Below, piece after piece: positions 57,207-58,940 of a stretch of DNA of 58,940 bases. Numbering within the stretch: the stretch's first letter is position 1; each line of letters starts with the position of its first letter. The stretch is from a virus. Its lineage: Duplodnaviria > Heunggongvirae > Uroviricota > Caudoviricetes. The notes under the pieces were generated by a model. That model made no database searches. It was not told where the DNA came from and worked only from the letters and a program-made list of their open reading frames with translations. A program made the translations under genes and the position numbers. The DNA lies in IMG/VR virus record IMGVR_UViG_3300050821_002544; one strand, written 5' to 3'.

Positions 57207-57224
57207 ACGATAAATACTCTTAAG

Positions 57225-57253
57225 AATCAAAGGGTTATCGTAAGTCTTTGATA
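57225..57253. promoter_or_regulatory. Inverted pair of IHF-consensus sites
   Basis: AATCAAAGGGTTA-tcg-TAAGTCTTTGATA. Confidence 0.55.
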
Positions 57254-57282
57254 TTATTAAGGTTCTTTCTAGGAGATTTCTA

Positions 57283-57618
57283 ATGCTTCTTGCAACTATC
57301 GCTCTTATTGGCTGTTCTCTTATCATCTTATTGATGGGAGTTGGTATTTTTACTGGTAAACATACATTCACCCGCTATGTTGCATTAGGTTTTGATATGT
57401 TCTGGAATGTAATGACAGGCGGTGGAATTGACGAGACTATTTCTTCACGTGCTGGTGTTGCTGCTATTCAGGGCAAGAAATGGGGAAAGCTTCTAGCATG
57501 GTGTTTAGGCAAGCTAGAAGCTAATCATTGTACCCTTGCTATTGAAGGCGATATAGACAGAGCAAAGGCACTCCTTGTTGCCCTTGCTCCGTATGACTCT
57601 CGTACTAATAAGAATTAA
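57283..57618 (+). CDS. Conserved phage membrane-anchored protein
   Basis: N-terminal TM; D...N...GG.IDETISSRAG...W...L...E.NHC..AIEGD pattern; AGGAG SD. Confidence 0.7.
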   Translation: MLLATIALIGCSLIILLMGVGIFTGKHTFTRYVALGFDMFWNVMTGGGIDETISSRAGVAAIQGKKWGKLLAWCLGKLEANHCTLAIEGDIDRAKALLVALAPYDSRTNKN

Positions 57619-58940
57619 CAATCGCTCTTATATCATCAAGAGATTGTTTACGATAAATCGTTCCGTTTCGATACACAGTCTCTAATGCAGGACTCATTCC
57701 TACTGCTGCCATCCTATTGATATCAGCAATAGTACCAGTGACATAAGTCTGACCAGAACCATAAAGCACCAGACGACCACGTTTTGATGCTTTTGATGCA
57801 TCCGTAAGTGGTTGTTTGAATACATCACGTTCTTCTACTTCTCCAGTCTTAGGATTGCGTACTGTAACAGAAGATGCCTTCATTGCAAATTCCTGAGTAT
57901 CACGATTCATATGTTGAAGCAACGCGCCGCCCATTCCAAATGCAATATTCTCAATAGAATATTTGTGCTGAATAAGATTCGCTATAATTGCCTTGATAGA
58001 ATCTTCGTTAATTCCATCACCCTGAATAATTCTAACATTATTAAGAACTTTATAACCTTCAGCATTCACAGTATGACCAAATTTCTCGTCTAGCAACTCA
58101 GCACAACGAAGAACAACCTTTGAAGGATTACCAGAATCAGGACGAATAACAACAGTCGCACCAGAAGCAATAATCTGATCCTTTAGAGCAGCGCCCCATA
58201 GATTAGTAATTGCATTCCATAGATCATATGAGTCAGATACAATTGCTACGATCTTCCCTGGTTTTGCAAATTGCTTAATCATATTATCATAGGCAGAAAT
58301 CTCATGTGCCTTACCCCATGAGGTAATAGTAGAATGCTCTGCCGCAGGAATAGAAAATCCTGCCATATTACAATTATAATATTTACGTGCATATTTCAAT
58401 GCAACAAGATTGTCTGTTCCCTTAAAATTAATAAGATGTGCTGTTCCACCAATTGCAGAACTTTCAAGAGAAGAAACGCCACGAGAACCAAAGTCATGAA
58501 GTTTGAAGTCAATACCTTCATAACCACCTGTTTTTACCAATGCCTCATAGATAATTTCTCGAATCGAACGAGATATTGTTGCAACCGTAGTAGGGTACCA
58601 AATTGCGCGAAGCAATGCGGTTTCTACATATGTCGTCAACCAGAAACATTTAGGATCGGTATTTCTAATAGTAAGAAGAACATTCTTAACAGGAACAATA
58701 GAACCTTCTTTTACTGCTTTAATTTCAAGAGGCAAAACACCTTGATACGTCAAAAGGATATATTCCCATCCTTCACGATTAAACGGGATTCCATGGAGTG
58801 CGAACATTTCTGCTGCTTCTTCAATATCATCGCGTGTAATAGGTGTCATCAGATGTTCTAGTACATATGCCTGTAAACCATGGAATACTGTTTGATAGTA
58901 TTCTCCACCACGCGATTCGATATAGGATTCTACATATTCA
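57605..58940 (-). CDS. nadV: Nicotinamide phosphoribosyltransferase (5' end beyond the window)
   Basis: YIESRGG...VFHGLQ, LHDFGSRG, GTDN, SIPAAEHST, VSDSYD, VIRPDSG, IQGDGI, FGMGG.LLQ..NRDT..FA.K. Confidence 0.95.
   Translation of the reverse strand, partial: EYVESYIESRGGEYYQTVFHGLQAYVLEHLMTPITRDDIEEAAEMFALHGIPFNREGWEYILLTYQGVLPLEIKAVKEGSIVPVKNVLLTIRNTDPKCFWLTTYVETALLRAIWYPTTVATISRSIREIIYEALVKTGGYEGIDFKLHDFGSRGVSSLESSAIGGTAHLINFKGTDNLVALKYARKYYNCNMAGFSIPAAEHSTITSWGKAHEISAYDNMIKQFAKPGKIVAIVSDSYDLWNAITNLWGAALKDQIIASGATVVIRPDSGNPSKVVLRCAELLDEKFGHTVNAEGYKVLNNVRIIQGDGINEDSIKAIIANLIQHKYSIENIAFGMGGALLQHMNRDTQEFAMKASSVTVRNPKTGEVEERDVFKQPLTDASKASKRGRLVLYGSGQTYVTGTIADINRMAAVGMSPALETVYRNGTIYRKQSLDDIRAIVNSY

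Noticed and set aside
23-58861. Numerous 60-210-aa ORFs antisense to or out of frame within large genes
   Set aside because: They overlap well-supported genes, lack RBS or motifs, and reflect codon bias
1-58940. Genome-wide TAG reassignment (code 15) suggested by the CUA tRNA
   Set aside because: Conserved genes are full length under the standard code with no in-frame TAG, and TAG terminates several genes at plausible ends

Overview
A 59-kb segment of an AT-rich T4-like myovirus (Straboviridae/Kyanoviridae-like gene order, standard genetic code in all long ORFs). Left ~45 kb: late structural module, comprising neck/tail-completion genes (gp15 with a fibre-like C-terminal extension, gp14, gp13), a 1450-aa multidomain glycosidase (GH5 + GH16-like), long Ala/Asn-rich fibres with QANxAY heptads, a four-gene cassette (Cys-less glutaredoxin-like, Gly-X-Y protein, DUF6065-like, 2OG-Fe(II) oxygenase), a split VrlC/DUF4815-like pair, baseplate genes (gp8, 7, 6, 25, 5, hub, 53, 48), and on the + strand gp4, gp2, gp54, gp26, gp51 and a tape-measure-like gene. 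Right ~14 kb: gp32, AAA ATPases, gp33, guaC, exonuclease, a frameshifted phoH, NAMPT and small early genes behind sigma70 promoters. The most striking element is a translation-control island at ~48.7-50.0 kb that the ORF track misses. It holds a circularly permuted two-piece tmRNA gene (tag ASNDDTFVQALAA), a PTH2-like peptidyl-tRNA hydrolase gene, an amber-suppressor tRNA (anticodon CUA), and a leader ORF that reaches the hydrolase in frame only through two UAG codons and an HGPP motif. Also found: a U7 -1 slippery site joining gp26 to a start-less gp51, paired inverted IHF-consensus sites upstream of early promoters, and probable leaderless early mRNAs. All protein family calls come from motif recognition by eye; no database search was run.
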